In this document: positions 19,403 to 29,603 of the stretch, piece by piece
How positions within the stretch are numbered: the first letter of the stretch is position 1
Layout of the letters: the number at the start of each line of letters is the position of its first letter
The notes under the pieces: model-generated
The model's input: only the letters and a program-made list of their open reading frames with translations
Database searches by the model: none
What the model was told of the DNA's origin: nothing
Translations under genes and position numbers: made by a program
IMG/VR virus record: IMGVR_UViG_3300028048_000051
Coordinates: 47,843-111,842 of that record
Strand: one strand, 5' to 3'
Source of the DNA: a virus
Taxonomy: Duplodnaviria; Heunggongvirae; Uroviricota; Caudoviricetes
DNA: 64,000 nucleotides

Positions 19403-21154
19403 TTATATTTTAGTCGCAGTGTCCTCTTCCGCTGTTTTGAGTATAATGTCTTTCAAATCGGTGAATGACATTACATCTATATGTGGGGAGCGCACACTTA
19501 CCGGATTTTTATGTAAATAATCGATCGTTTCTCTTGCTTTAGCACGAAGACTGTTATCATCACTTAACAGTATATATAATCCCTCTTCTCTAAATATATT
19601 TTTTATAAAAGGTCCGCATAATACCTCATCGGCATAAGGCTTTTTCCGTTGTAGATGGCTTCGGTATACCCAGATTTTGAGTCCATCGTTATAGCTTTTT
19701 TTCCACTTATCTATAAGCCTTCTTGCCTCTCTTGCTGCATATGCAGTTTTTTTATCAGAATCTTTGCTTTTTATATCCAACTCATCTTGCACCGTGGAGA
19801 CGACAATAATAGTTATACCTTCTATGATGCCTTGAGTTAGTATATCCAAGAGAGAATACCCGGAAATATTATACGGGGTGTTTGGTAAACAGAGATTTAT
19901 CCATGAACAAGTGTCCATGACGAGTTTAGCGTCTCCGGTGGCCTTGCGCCATGACTTTACCAGCTGTTGTAAAGTGAATCCATTTGTATCTGCTTTACTA
20001 TCACGCACTTTTTTGCTGCATTGTTTTGAAGCTGTATTAACTTTCTTTGACTTATCCTTATATTCTTTGTCTGCTTTAGACAACTCTTCGGATTTTACAT
20101 CATGATGAGTTTTACTGAGTACTCGTAATGCATTACCAATTTTATCAACAACAGCATTAACACGCTCTTGACTAAAGGATTGTTGGTTGTCATCTTGATC
20201 TTGTCTTATCACATCTTCCTGTTTTCTTGTTTTATGATTGTTGAACTCTTCTATACGCCTTTTCTTAAAGAAACTATCATAACTATTGAATTGTGTATCT
20301 TGTGAGTTGACTGTTGTTGAGGATGCATAAATGGCATTAATAAATTCTGCCTGAGTTTTAATACAGTAGACAAAAGATGATCTTCCACACTCCTGATAAT
20401 TGCGAATTGTATTTTCCAGACGAAGCGTCAACCGATCATCTTCGGTTAAGATAATATATTTAGCGAATTTGTTATCTTTAACCGCTTTAACCACAATATC
20501 GTAGGTGGTGTAACCCCCATATACTATTGACAAACAGTCACTGCGCATCCATTCCTTTAGCATTTTCATGTCCGTTTCGCAGTAACTCCCATCTCTCATA
20601 ATAATTTGCAGTTTCTCTCCTTGCTTCGCTTTACCTTTTATGATATCAGACAATAGCGACCCTAGCGATGGTTTACTTGGAGTACTCTTCCAAACACTAT
20701 CATCTATTATAATCATACAATCCTTCAAAAGTCCAACAGCTGTCTGAACAAGTCGTTCATGTACAAGCATGCGACGTCTCTCATCGTCTATCTTTTGCAA
20801 AGTCTTCAACTTGTTTCTCTTATGTTGCACAACGAGATAAACAATAACACCTATAACCGTCAGCACCCCAATGACCGTTGCGAGTACAGGATACGTAGAA
20901 ATGAACGAATATAACAGCCAGATAACAAAACCTGCCACTAATAATACGCCGAATATTTTCCGCCCTTCCCTGTTCTCGCATATAGCATATAAGATAAAAA
21001 GCACAATAGGACCAAAAATAGCATATGCAACAACCGTTGAAAAAAATCTACATAACTCATCAATACAACCAAAACAACCACACTGTGAAAAAGACAACAC
21101 ACCACAAATGACTGTATTGACAATCTCTCTATAGTTTTTCCGAGACCATGGCAT
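19403..21154 (-). CDS. membrane-anchored protein with two PIN-like ribonuclease domains (moron)
   Basis: N-terminal hydrophobic helices. PIN-like motif pairs IIIDDSVW...IILTEDDRL and LVMDTCSW...VQDEL...ADEVL...LLSDDNSL. Visibly AT-rich, opposite strand to flanks, GGAGG RBS before ATG 21154. Confidence 0.65.
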   Translation of the reverse strand: MPWSRKNYREIVNTVICGVLSFSQCGCFGCIDELCRFFSTVVAYAIFGPIVLFILYAICENREGRKIFGVLLVAGFVIWLLYSFISTYPVLATVIGVLTVIGVIVYLVVQHKRNKLKTLQKIDDERRRMLVHERLVQTAVGLLKDCMIIIDDSVWKSTPSKPSLGSLLSDIIKGKAKQGEKLQIIMRDGSYCETDMKMLKEWMRSDCLSIVYGGYTTYDIVVKAVKDNKFAKYIILTEDDRLTLRLENTIRNYQECGRSSFVYCIKTQAEFINAIYASSTTVNSQDTQFNSYDSFFKKRRIEEFNNHKTRKQEDVIRQDQDDNQQSFSQERVNAVVDKIGNALRVLSKTHHDVKSEELSKADKEYKDKSKKVNTASKQCSKKVRDSKADTNGFTLQQLVKSWRKATGDAKLVMDTCSWINLCLPNTPYNISGYSLLDILTQGIIEGITIIVVSTVQDELDIKSKDSDKKTAYAAREARRLIDKWKKSYNDGLKIWVYRSHLQRKKPYADEVLCGPFIKNIFREEGLYILLSDDNSLRAKARETIDYLHKNPVSVRSPHIDVMSFTDLKDIILKTAEEDTATKI

Positions 21155-21219
21155 CAATGACCTCCCGGCATATTGACATTAAATATTCTCTGTAGATTGA
21201 CATCAGTGCTAAAAAAATT

Positions 21220-21247
21220 AATATATCATTCTTTTTTTGTTTGTCAA
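21220..21247 (-). promoter_or_regulatory. sigma70-like promoter for the PIN gene
   Basis: Minus strand TTGACA (21247-21242) - 16 nt - TATATT (21225-21220), with TG upstream of the -10. Confidence 0.6.
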
Positions 21248-21368
21248 ATATAGTCCCTGTATATAGCCAAATACACCCCTTTCTGCGTCACATGTTTAGT
21301 ATTTGCCATTCCCAGAGTATAAAAGGCTTTGACCTTTTGGCTATTATAAGTACCAAGAAGGATTACTC

Positions 21369-23942
21369 ATGGCGCAGACCACATACAATTTCTCTGCCTT
21401 TCCCAATGCCGGAGGCCCTGTCGATCCGCTGACGATACGAAGCATGATCCAAAACATGCTGCAGCAGGTTCTCGGTAGCACTCTGCCTCCGGGCCTCGAT
21501 CGCATGGCTTCCGGTATGATCGGTGATTTCGCACTGAAGACTTTCGGCATTAAGAATGACTATGCGCTGGATATACCACTGACTACCGGTGGCATGTCTC
21601 CTCGCGGTGTTGCCAACAATTATTTGCTGACCCAGGCAAGACAACTCGCACCCCAAGGGTTCCGGCAGGCACAACAGGATGCCGAGTTCCAATTCTGGAA
21701 AAACCTTGCCGGTATTACCAAAAGTGAAGCTCAGTGGTTGAAGGAGCATAACCTGGAAGTCACTGCTGCCAACCGCAAGCAGTACGAAGACTATCTCGCC
21801 AACGAAGCCCTCGGATACCAGCATGGACCGATGTCGATGCTCTACAAGATGCTTGATCCATATGAAATGGGACAAGCATCGCAATACATGTCACTGGCCG
21901 CTGGAAATCTGTACAATCGTCAATTGCTCCAGGGCAACCGCAGACGTCCGGCAGCAGCGCTCCAGTTCATGAACGGAATGTTCCGGGACGAGGATGGAAG
22001 GTTTTCCTTCAACCGTAATGATTACGGCGGAATGGGAATAACTGAAGTGAGCGCTCTTACCGCCGCGCTCACCAAAGAGCTGGATCCGCTTGCGAGCATC
22101 AATCCCGGTGATGTCGGTGCTTTGAAGACGGCCGCAAAAAATTTCTCCGACAAAGTCAAGGAATATGCTCAAGCGCTCTCGCCGCTGAAGGATGTATTCG
22201 GACAGGACATCCCTTCGATGCTGCGTACCGTAGAAGAACTTTCCGGACAATCCATAGCCACTACAGGAGTGGATCGGGCTCGGGAGATCGCGCAACAGGT
22301 GTCAACCGGGGTACTTTACGGCAATTACACTATCGGTGATGTTCGCGGCGTGAATCAACGTGTCCTTCAACAGTTCGACAAGATGCAGATGAGTGACATG
22401 TCCATGCAGCAGACTGCGCTACTCAGCGTGGATATCCTCGATGCCGGAACCGCCAATATTCCGAAATATATGCGCAAGGACCGCATGCTTCAAAAAGCCT
22501 ACGATCGGGTAGCTGCGTCGGCGGCATCTACTGGGGCCGAATATCTCGATCGGGCATACGCGATGTGGGCGCATAACGGCGGAATAAATGGAGATACCTC
22601 GATAGAGACCTTCCGCAAACAGTTTATCGGCGTGTCCCCGGATCAGATGCTGAACCGGGCGCTTAAACTCGCCGGAGCCCAAAGCGTGGTGGATCTCGAT
22701 AACGGGATGAGGTACAATGAGTATGCTGCCGCCAAAGAACAACGTCTGGGGGCCTCACTCGCGGTGGAAACGGCATCCAGAGAACGAGTAACTCGCGGGT
22801 TGAGGGCTCTGCAAAACCGTTACCGCAACGAGCAGGGCGGTGCAGGCGTGGCCAATGCGCTGGGACAACTGATGGAATGGGCGGCAGACCCCAACGCCGG
22901 AGTAAATATACTGGACAAAGACGCCGTGGCACGCAAGCTGGGTGTCAGTACGTTATCTTCTGACTATGAACAGGCGATCAACGTGATTTACGCGTCCAGT
23001 AACGATAAGAATGCCGGCAACGCCCAATTCGTGGCTGGTGAATATGCCGTAACATATAATCTTGCTCGTGCCCGCCAGCGCGATCGGCGAGAAAAAGAAA
23101 GGACGCGTTTCCTCAATGAATTGAACAGCGGAGCGGCATCTGACACCAAGGGGCTTTTGATGGATCTTGTCAAAGAACGACTGAGTACAGACCAGATAAA
23201 GCAACTTTTGGCCGGCAGAGGTTTCACCGACGTGGAAACTGCCGAAGATATCGGTGCAATAGTCCATGCAATTGATGATGTTGGCGGTGACGGCAAGGAA
23301 AAGAGCGATCTGATAAGATATGCTCTCACTGCAGAAGGCATGGGTAATCATGCTTTCAATGCGGCGCTGACCGCATACCGTAACGCATCCACCGATCAGG
23401 AGCGTAAGTCTGCTGCCAGTGATATGCGTATTGCACGCAGCATAGGCAACGAAACACTACAGGCCTACTACAATCTTGGTGGACGGGATGACGATGAAAA
23501 GCAACGGAAGGCCATTCGCGATGTTTTCAATAAAGGCGGAGAGCAGGCAGTAAAAGCCAAAATGGAAAATGACCTGCTCCGTGAGCGCCTCAAAGAAAGT
23601 GGAATAAACTGGAAAACCGTGGCCGGGGACGACGATGTAGCCACTATCGATGAATTGCGAAACGATCTGAAAGATCGGCGCAAGAAAGCCGTCGAAGCCA
23701 AAGATACCGGTCTTGTCGCGGAAATAGATTCCATCACCAGCAAGGTCAATCAAGTATCGTCAGAACTATATGGCGGACACGCCGGAACCACGGACACCAT
23801 GCAGATATGGACAAGGTTGGAACCGCTGTTGGCCAGACTCAATACAGTTCTCGAAGGTGTGGGCAAGGTGGTGGCCGATGCCAACAGCAACAAAGCCAAC
23901 GGAGCGACTCCAGTGGAGACAAATTCGAAAGACAAACAGTAA
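21369..23942 (+). CDS. tape-measure-like protein
   Basis: 857-aa Ala/Gln/Arg-rich helical protein between the tail chaperones and baseplate genes. Confidence 0.55.
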   Translation: MAQTTYNFSAFPNAGGPVDPLTIRSMIQNMLQQVLGSTLPPGLDRMASGMIGDFALKTFGIKNDYALDIPLTTGGMSPRGVANNYLLTQARQLAPQGFRQAQQDAEFQFWKNLAGITKSEAQWLKEHNLEVTAANRKQYEDYLANEALGYQHGPMSMLYKMLDPYEMGQASQYMSLAAGNLYNRQLLQGNRRRPAAALQFMNGMFRDEDGRFSFNRNDYGGMGITEVSALTAALTKELDPLASINPGDVGALKTAAKNFSDKVKEYAQALSPLKDVFGQDIPSMLRTVEELSGQSIATTGVDRAREIAQQVSTGVLYGNYTIGDVRGVNQRVLQQFDKMQMSDMSMQQTALLSVDILDAGTANIPKYMRKDRMLQKAYDRVAASAASTGAEYLDRAYAMWAHNGGINGDTSIETFRKQFIGVSPDQMLNRALKLAGAQSVVDLDNGMRYNEYAAAKEQRLGASLAVETASRERVTRGLRALQNRYRNEQGGAGVANALGQLMEWAADPNAGVNILDKDAVARKLGVSTLSSDYEQAINVIYASSNDKNAGNAQFVAGEYAVTYNLARARQRDRREKERTRFLNELNSGAASDTKGLLMDLVKERLSTDQIKQLLAGRGFTDVETAEDIGAIVHAIDDVGGDGKEKSDLIRYALTAEGMGNHAFNAALTAYRNASTDQERKSAASDMRIARSIGNETLQAYYNLGGRDDDEKQRKAIRDVFNKGGEQAVKAKMENDLLRERLKESGINWKTVAGDDDVATIDELRNDLKDRRKKAVEAKDTGLVAEIDSITSKVNQVSSELYGGHAGTTDTMQIWTRLEPLLARLNTVLEGVGKVVADANSNKANGATPVETNSKDKQ

Positions 23943-23945
23943 ATC

Positions 23946-24440
23946 ATGGACAGCATCCCGATATTTGCCACCAATCCTTCCGTAAGCGCACACGACACCG
24001 AAGACAAAACATCGGTGGTGATCACGGATGACGAACTCACGCAGGTACTGCAGGGACGAGCACCGGCAACCGGCATTACCGTGGAACAGAAAGTGGATTA
24101 CTCCATAAGTAAAAGCCTCAAGCGTGACTTCATTGTGGATACCTTTGGGGATTCACCGGTGCATATAGGACTCGACGGCCTGACCATTCTTAATTCCACG
24201 TGTCTGGATACCGAAGAAAAAGCGCTCACCATGGAACAGTTTTATGCCAAGCATAAACTCAGCGCAGACAGTAAAAATCGGGTCAACATAGGATTATCCG
24301 GAGGCGGAAAGGAGCCGCAGTCATTCGTCTGTGTATTGGTAGGTATGCGTTCCACATCGGCACAGGACGATTCCAAGCGTTCTCTTATTCGCTATCACCT
24401 TGATCTGGTTGGAGTGACCAGAACTGGGGGGACTCTGTAA
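23946..24440 (+). CDS. putative baseplate tube-initiator-like protein
   Basis: 164-aa beta-rich protein (FIVDTFGDSPVHIGLDG) right after the tape-measure-like gene. Positional inference. Confidence 0.4.
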   Translation: MDSIPIFATNPSVSAHDTEDKTSVVITDDELTQVLQGRAPATGITVEQKVDYSISKSLKRDFIVDTFGDSPVHIGLDGLTILNSTCLDTEEKALTMEQFYAKHKLSADSKNRVNIGLSGGGKEPQSFVCVLVGMRSTSAQDDSKRSLIRYHLDLVGVTRTGGTL

Positions 24441-24475
24441 ACCGAAGTTGACAACCAAGAGAGTGATCGCAGTAA

Positions 24476-24886
24476 ATGAACAAACTTTACGCATTTCTGA
24501 TGACAGGACGTTCCGCTGATCCGACCAATTACTACTACAAGCGACACACCAGGGGAGTCTATCCCCTGCCCTGTCGGGAACTGGTTGGACAACTGTTCGG
24601 TTCTCTGGACGATGACAGGATGCACTTCGTCGCTGCCGCGGTATGCGACATGGTACTGCACACTTCCTTCCGAGAACAGATACTGAAACTCGATCCGGTA
24701 AACACATACACTCCCGTCAAGCGTCATTCGAGTGAGTTGTTGTACGATATAGTTACACCTGTGGAAAGCAGGGAAACGATAGTGAAATCACTTGACGCGG
24801 ACATCCGTGACAGGCTGCAGACAGCACCCTGGCCGGAATTTCTCGGCGGAGTATCGTTACACTTATTGCGACGGATCACAGTATGA
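24476..24886 (+). CDS. hypothetical protein (baseplate region)
   Basis: 136-aa ORF filling the gap, overlapping the next start. Confidence 0.55.
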   Translation: MNKLYAFLMTGRSADPTNYYYKRHTRGVYPLPCRELVGQLFGSLDDDRMHFVAAAVCDMVLHTSFREQILKLDPVNTYTPVKRHSSELLYDIVTPVESRETIVKSLDADIRDRLQTAPWPEFLGGVSLHLLRRITV

Positions 24887-26559
24887 GTACAGCACCGAAA
24901 CAGGAACTGCAAACCGAGGACTATGGAATTTTCGTACTCAAGGTGGCAGACGATGAGTACGTATGCTCCTCCATACTGCTCAATTATACCATCAATGCCA
25001 TTCCGAGCGCGCGAGTAACCATCGGCTTCGGAGCCGGCATCCGCGAACCCAGCAGAAAGCAGCGTCCCGATAAATTGTTGACTAAGGTTCTGGCCCAGCG
25101 CAAGCAGGCATATCAGAACATGCTGGAGTGCGAAATACTGGAAAGGTTCGATGATGGAAGAGAGAAATCGGTATTCTCCGGTGTGATTGTCACCGGCACT
25201 CCGGTGTATAACGCCAACGACAAATTCTCTTCCAAGATGGTCAGCCTGCTGTGCCTCAACAAAATTTGCAGGTTGTACGTAAGTCCATTGTCCGCCTTCG
25301 TGATTTCCCACGGCAGTCAAGTTATCAATCATATGGCTGCGAAGGGTAAAATTCTTTCCGCACAAAATGCGCAGGGAGATCAGGCCTTCGAGTTATTGGT
25401 CAATGTGGATACCTTGGTGGAGAATGTAAAACAGCAGAACGCCGACGGCGATGTACTGAGCATTGTCGACGGTATATTTCGTGAGTATCTCGCCAAAAGC
25501 AGTTATCGAGCCAACTCCACAGATACTGAGCTTGGAACGGCGGGAATCAAACTTTCCGACTATCTGTTCAGCCGTATAAAAGTCAACCCGGAACTGGATA
25601 AGTTGGAAAAATCCTATTATCAGCAGATCGGAAGGCTGATGGCTTCGGTGTTGAATAACAGCACTGTATACGACACTCTGCAGCAGGTATTGATAACCGA
25701 CAACTTCATGCTCAACCTGGTGCCGCGTTTCGACAACAAGAATTTTCTGGTGGAACTGGTGCCGTCATATATGTGGGCGCCCAGAACGACGATAGAACTC
25801 GACCGGTCAAAAATAATCACGGTAAGTTCCACCTTCAATCCCATTGCCTGTCTGAACACGCCGCAAGTGCTGATGGTACTGTTCGACCCGCTGGTGAATG
25901 TCGGTAACCAGAATACCAAACAATCGGCCGCCTACTATGGGATACACAGTTCAGATGCCGACCTTGTGGCTAAACTGAGTACGGCTCGCGGACAAGGCGA
26001 CAGTTTGAATACCGCGGTAGCCAAAGGGGGTGACTTTTTCCGATGCAGCACACTTCGCGCTCCGGAATGGCTATATCCACGATACCAGCAGCGCGACACT
26101 AATCAGTCCAATGGAGACGATGGCTCCGTAAGTGAAAAAATTCCAACTATAACCAGATCCGAGGACAAGAACGCAGATAACGCTAAGAACAACAAACCTG
26201 ATCCTCAGGAACAGATGCAGCAATTGGCGTTGGCTGACAAGGTGGCACAGGCGTTGTATGCCCACAAATACGGCAGACAGGATACCGCCAGTCTCAAGGT
26301 TCCGTCGCGATTACGCTTCGGGTATAATGGAAGTCCCTGTTTCGAGGATAATCTCGGAAACGCGGTGGATGTGAAGATGGAGGCTGACGGCGAGTTGTCG
26401 GATGCTTTCAACTTCCGCGGCATTCTCAAAGCCGTCAGCTTCAGTTACGTCACCGGCACGCAATCCAACGTGGAATATACACTGGATCTTATTTGCGTGC
26501 GCCCGCTGGACAATGACGAAGAAAAAATAGACTGCGTGCTGTACAAGGATCTGAAATGA
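24883..26559 (+). CDS. putative baseplate hub protein (gp27/Mu gp44-like)
   Basis: 558 aa. N-terminal NYTINAIPSARVTIG...VFSGVI and C-terminal FRGILKAVSFSY...YTLDL strand patterns typical of hub proteins. Confidence 0.55.
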   Translation: MSTAPKQELQTEDYGIFVLKVADDEYVCSSILLNYTINAIPSARVTIGFGAGIREPSRKQRPDKLLTKVLAQRKQAYQNMLECEILERFDDGREKSVFSGVIVTGTPVYNANDKFSSKMVSLLCLNKICRLYVSPLSAFVISHGSQVINHMAAKGKILSAQNAQGDQAFELLVNVDTLVENVKQQNADGDVLSIVDGIFREYLAKSSYRANSTDTELGTAGIKLSDYLFSRIKVNPELDKLEKSYYQQIGRLMASVLNNSTVYDTLQQVLITDNFMLNLVPRFDNKNFLVELVPSYMWAPRTTIELDRSKIITVSSTFNPIACLNTPQVLMVLFDPLVNVGNQNTKQSAAYYGIHSSDADLVAKLSTARGQGDSLNTAVAKGGDFFRCSTLRAPEWLYPRYQQRDTNQSNGDDGSVSEKIPTITRSEDKNADNAKNNKPDPQEQMQQLALADKVAQALYAHKYGRQDTASLKVPSRLRFGYNGSPCFEDNLGNAVDVKMEADGELSDAFNFRGILKAVSFSYVTGTQSNVEYTLDLICVRPLDNDEEKIDCVLYKDLK

Positions 26560-27332
26560 AGAATATATTCGATGAAATAAATGCCCGCATCCCCAAAGTG
26601 CAGCAACCGGAAACGCCTCCGCCTGACCAACCGAAGGATTCGATAGAAACGATAATCCGCCGTTGGCAATCAGGGGAGAACAAGTCCGATACGGAAAAGA
26701 TACTGAAATACCTTACTCCCACGATCAACAGCGCAATAAACACATACGCCGCCGGAGACAAAGGGAAATTGCGGATACAGGCAGCCACGCTGGCATTGAA
26801 CGCGATGCGCACCTATGATCCGGCCCGCGGGGTATCGCCTCAGACGTTCGCGTTCCATAACCTCAAAAGACTCGGCCGCATCAGTTCCGAGCGCGGCAGT
26901 ATAATCCGCATCCCGGAAGAGCAGCGGCTGCAATACAATCTCATCACCGACGCCGCAGCACGTTTCGAAGATGACCACGGTCGCGAACCTTCCACCTCAG
27001 AGTTGGCCGACCTGACCGGCCTCACTGAAAAGCGCATCGACACCATCATGAACAATAACGCGGTGTTCAGCGAAAGCGCCACCGTGAATCCGGAAACCGG
27101 AGACAGCGGTTTCGGCGTAAAGGGGATGTCAGATATGGACTACCTGGCTTACGTGTATTCCGGAGCCTCTCCGGTGGATCAGAAAATCATCGAGTGGTCC
27201 AGCGGCATGCACGGCAAACCTATCCTCGGCACTGGTGATATCGCCAAGAAACTCAATATTTCTCCTGCGGCGGTATCTCAGCGCAAAAATAAACTCTTCG
27301 CACAACTGTCGGAAATGAGGACGCTATTATGA
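26556..27332 (+). CDS. RNA polymerase sigma-70 family factor (group 3-like)
   Basis: Region 2 (ALNAMRTYDPARGVSPQTFA), region 3 (GREPSTSELADLTGLTEKRI) and region 4 HTH (GDIAKKLNISPAAVSQRK). Confidence 0.8.
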   Translation: MKNIFDEINARIPKVQQPETPPPDQPKDSIETIIRRWQSGENKSDTEKILKYLTPTINSAINTYAAGDKGKLRIQAATLALNAMRTYDPARGVSPQTFAFHNLKRLGRISSERGSIIRIPEEQRLQYNLITDAAARFEDDHGREPSTSELADLTGLTEKRIDTIMNNNAVFSESATVNPETGDSGFGVKGMSDMDYLAYVYSGASPVDQKIIEWSSGMHGKPILGTGDIAKKLNISPAAVSQRKNKLFAQLSEMRTLL

Positions 27333-27688
27333 CCGACTCCGGAGTAATAACGAAAGCGGCAGCGGAAGAATTGAAGGCCAATCAGGAGATATTGGAAAAA
27401 TTTCGTATTTCCGTTCAATTGACCGCCGATCTGCCAGTACTGGAGGATACCGATCTCGATCGGAAAAGCGCTGACGAACAGGACGCCGCCAATTTGGCTG
27501 AGATGAGTGCATCGAATAACCTGTATCAGCAGGCGGCCCTGATTTCACGTATCAACGAGGAACATCGCATCAGGCGCGATATCCGCATCGTACGGGCCGG
27601 ACATCGGGAATTGATGCTGTCGGCACTGCGGATACTTGACATGCGCAATGATGATCTCCGGGCACTGCTGGATGCCCGTGAAAGGTGA
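27329..27688 (+). CDS. hypothetical protein
   Basis: 119-aa helical ORF, ATGA-coupled to the sigma gene. Confidence 0.65.
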   Translation: MTDSGVITKAAAEELKANQEILEKFRISVQLTADLPVLEDTDLDRKSADEQDAANLAEMSASNNLYQQAALISRINEEHRIRRDIRIVRAGHRELMLSALRILDMRNDDLRALLDARER

Positions 27689-27691
27689 CAT

Positions 27692-28057
27692 ATGAAAGAC
27701 CTTTTGATTATTCCGGACACAAACGGACGGGTGGAATTCGAAGTTCGCGGCCGCAGCGAGGATACGGGATTACTGCTGATCCAGCGCTTGTATGTCCTGC
27801 TCTTCACCGGCCCCACGGAGGCTTTTCGCGATTCCGGCGGAGGGTTGTCCGGCTTTCTCGAAGGCGCCAATATTCCGGACGTGGATTCTTTCAACGCACT
27901 ACTTGCCGTCAGCGTCTCCGGCGCACTGAATGCACTGGAGCCGGAGGACCGCGCGCGGGTGGATTCATTTACCGCCAAGTTCGATGGCGAATCTATCTCT
28001 TGCACCTTGAAACTTACCGACGGTACTACCGTCAACGGGATCTTGAACAATGACTGA
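27692..28057 (+). CDS. putative baseplate wedge protein (gp25-like)
   Basis: 121 aa immediately before the baseplate J-like gene; LLIQRLYVLLFT helix. Confidence 0.5.
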   Translation: MKDLLIIPDTNGRVEFEVRGRSEDTGLLLIQRLYVLLFTGPTEAFRDSGGGLSGFLEGANIPDVDSFNALLAVSVSGALNALEPEDRARVDSFTAKFDGESISCTLKLTDGTTVNGILNND

Positions 28058-29603
28058 ATACATCACTCCAACCACCGATGAATTCTCCAACGCGGAGCAG
28101 GTAGTCACGGATGTCATGGCCACGGCATCTCCGCAGGCGATGACCAAGGCCGGCTCAGCGATCCGGGAACTGGTAATTCGTCCGATCTCCTATCTGCTGG
28201 CGTGGATATCCGGCAACATCGACCACCAATTCGGACAGACATCAGTTTCCACGCTGCGCAATTCGCAGGAAACAGAAAATCCCCTTGCGGACGCAGTGGC
28301 ATCAAACTACTTCGTTACCCGCAGAGCCGCCACACGATCCACCGGGGTCGTAACACTGACATTGAACACCTCATCCCTTTCGCTACCGCAGGGCACGCTG
28401 TTCACCGCGGAAGGCGCCACATTGCGCACCTCCAGACAGGTAGTCGTTACCCCTGCGGCCGTGGCCGAGAAATTCGACACCATTCTATACGTGATCGCCA
28501 TCGCGGCAGGTGACGAATATTTGGCGGCCATCCCGGTGGAAGCGGTGGAAACAGGTGCCCTGGAAATTCCGGCCGGAGCCGACATCACCCTGCAGAGGCA
28601 GGTCGGTGCAGTCACCGGTGTCGAGTTGACTTCTCCGGTAACCGGAGGATTGGACATCGAAACCGACGCCCAGATGATGGAAAGAGCCGAGTATAACACG
28701 GCGGGAGCCGGTATAGGCAGTTACAACGGTTTGCGCAAACGTTTGGAAGGATCTCCAGTCACTGTGCTGGGAATGTGTGTGGTTGCAGGAGAGGATGCTC
28801 CGCTGTTCAGAGCCAGATACAACACCCTGGGAATCAACCCTGGCGGACGCGTCGACATGTATGTCAAAACTCAACTCCAAAGTTCTACGGCCACACTTGA
28901 CGTCAACCTCGCTGATGCTGCAGAAGGTGAAGACGTCACAATAGAACTGCCGGCGGACAAATATCAAGGCCTTTATCGGGTGATCAACGTACTCGTCAAG
29001 GGGGAGTATCTGGCAGATTACAGCGTATCATTCGGCAGCAGCAGTCCCCTGAATCCTTCCAGGGGTGCACGTCTATCCGAACAGCAGACGTGTACTGTCA
29101 CGTTCCAGGCTCCTGCCGACCTCGATTCCGAGGATGTGGCAAGCATCACAGTGGAATACATGCCGGGAATCAAAGATCTGCAGGATTATGTTAATTCACC
29201 AGAGAACGCTTTTCTTGGACAAGATGTACTGGTGAAATCCGCAGTACCGGTAACATTGGGACTCGACTGCGCGCTTGTGTGTCCACGACAACTCGATGAC
29301 GCTGACATCGCCGATGTCAAACGCATAATCGCGGCCACTGTGAACGGTCTGCGGGTGGGAAATGGATATCTGAACTTCAGCGATGTGCAGAAAGCAGTAC
29401 AGATCGTCTATCCGGACATCCAACTGCGGCTGCCCTGCACCATCAGAGCTCGCATGGTACTCCGGGATGGTTCGGTGGACACCTTCTATAGCGATACCGG
29501 CGTTTTGGATCTTACCACGCCGGTAAACAGTGAATACTGGGAGTATCAGATGTGCTTCTTCAGTCTGATCGAATCGCATATCAGGATTACGCAGATAGCA
29601 TGA
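28050..29603 (+). CDS. baseplate wedge protein (P2 J / T4 gp6-like)
   Basis: 517 aa. YFVTRRAATRSTGVVTL...GTLF...IPVEAVETG...VTGGLDIETD...RA layout is characteristic of the Baseplate_J family. Confidence 0.75.
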   Translation: MTEYITPTTDEFSNAEQVVTDVMATASPQAMTKAGSAIRELVIRPISYLLAWISGNIDHQFGQTSVSTLRNSQETENPLADAVASNYFVTRRAATRSTGVVTLTLNTSSLSLPQGTLFTAEGATLRTSRQVVVTPAAVAEKFDTILYVIAIAAGDEYLAAIPVEAVETGALEIPAGADITLQRQVGAVTGVELTSPVTGGLDIETDAQMMERAEYNTAGAGIGSYNGLRKRLEGSPVTVLGMCVVAGEDAPLFRARYNTLGINPGGRVDMYVKTQLQSSTATLDVNLADAAEGEDVTIELPADKYQGLYRVINVLVKGEYLADYSVSFGSSSPLNPSRGARLSEQQTCTVTFQAPADLDSEDVASITVEYMPGIKDLQDYVNSPENAFLGQDVLVKSAVPVTLGLDCALVCPRQLDDADIADVKRIIAATVNGLRVGNGYLNFSDVQKAVQIVYPDIQLRLPCTIRARMVLRDGSVDTFYSDTGVLDLTTPVNSEYWEYQMCFFSLIESHIRITQIA

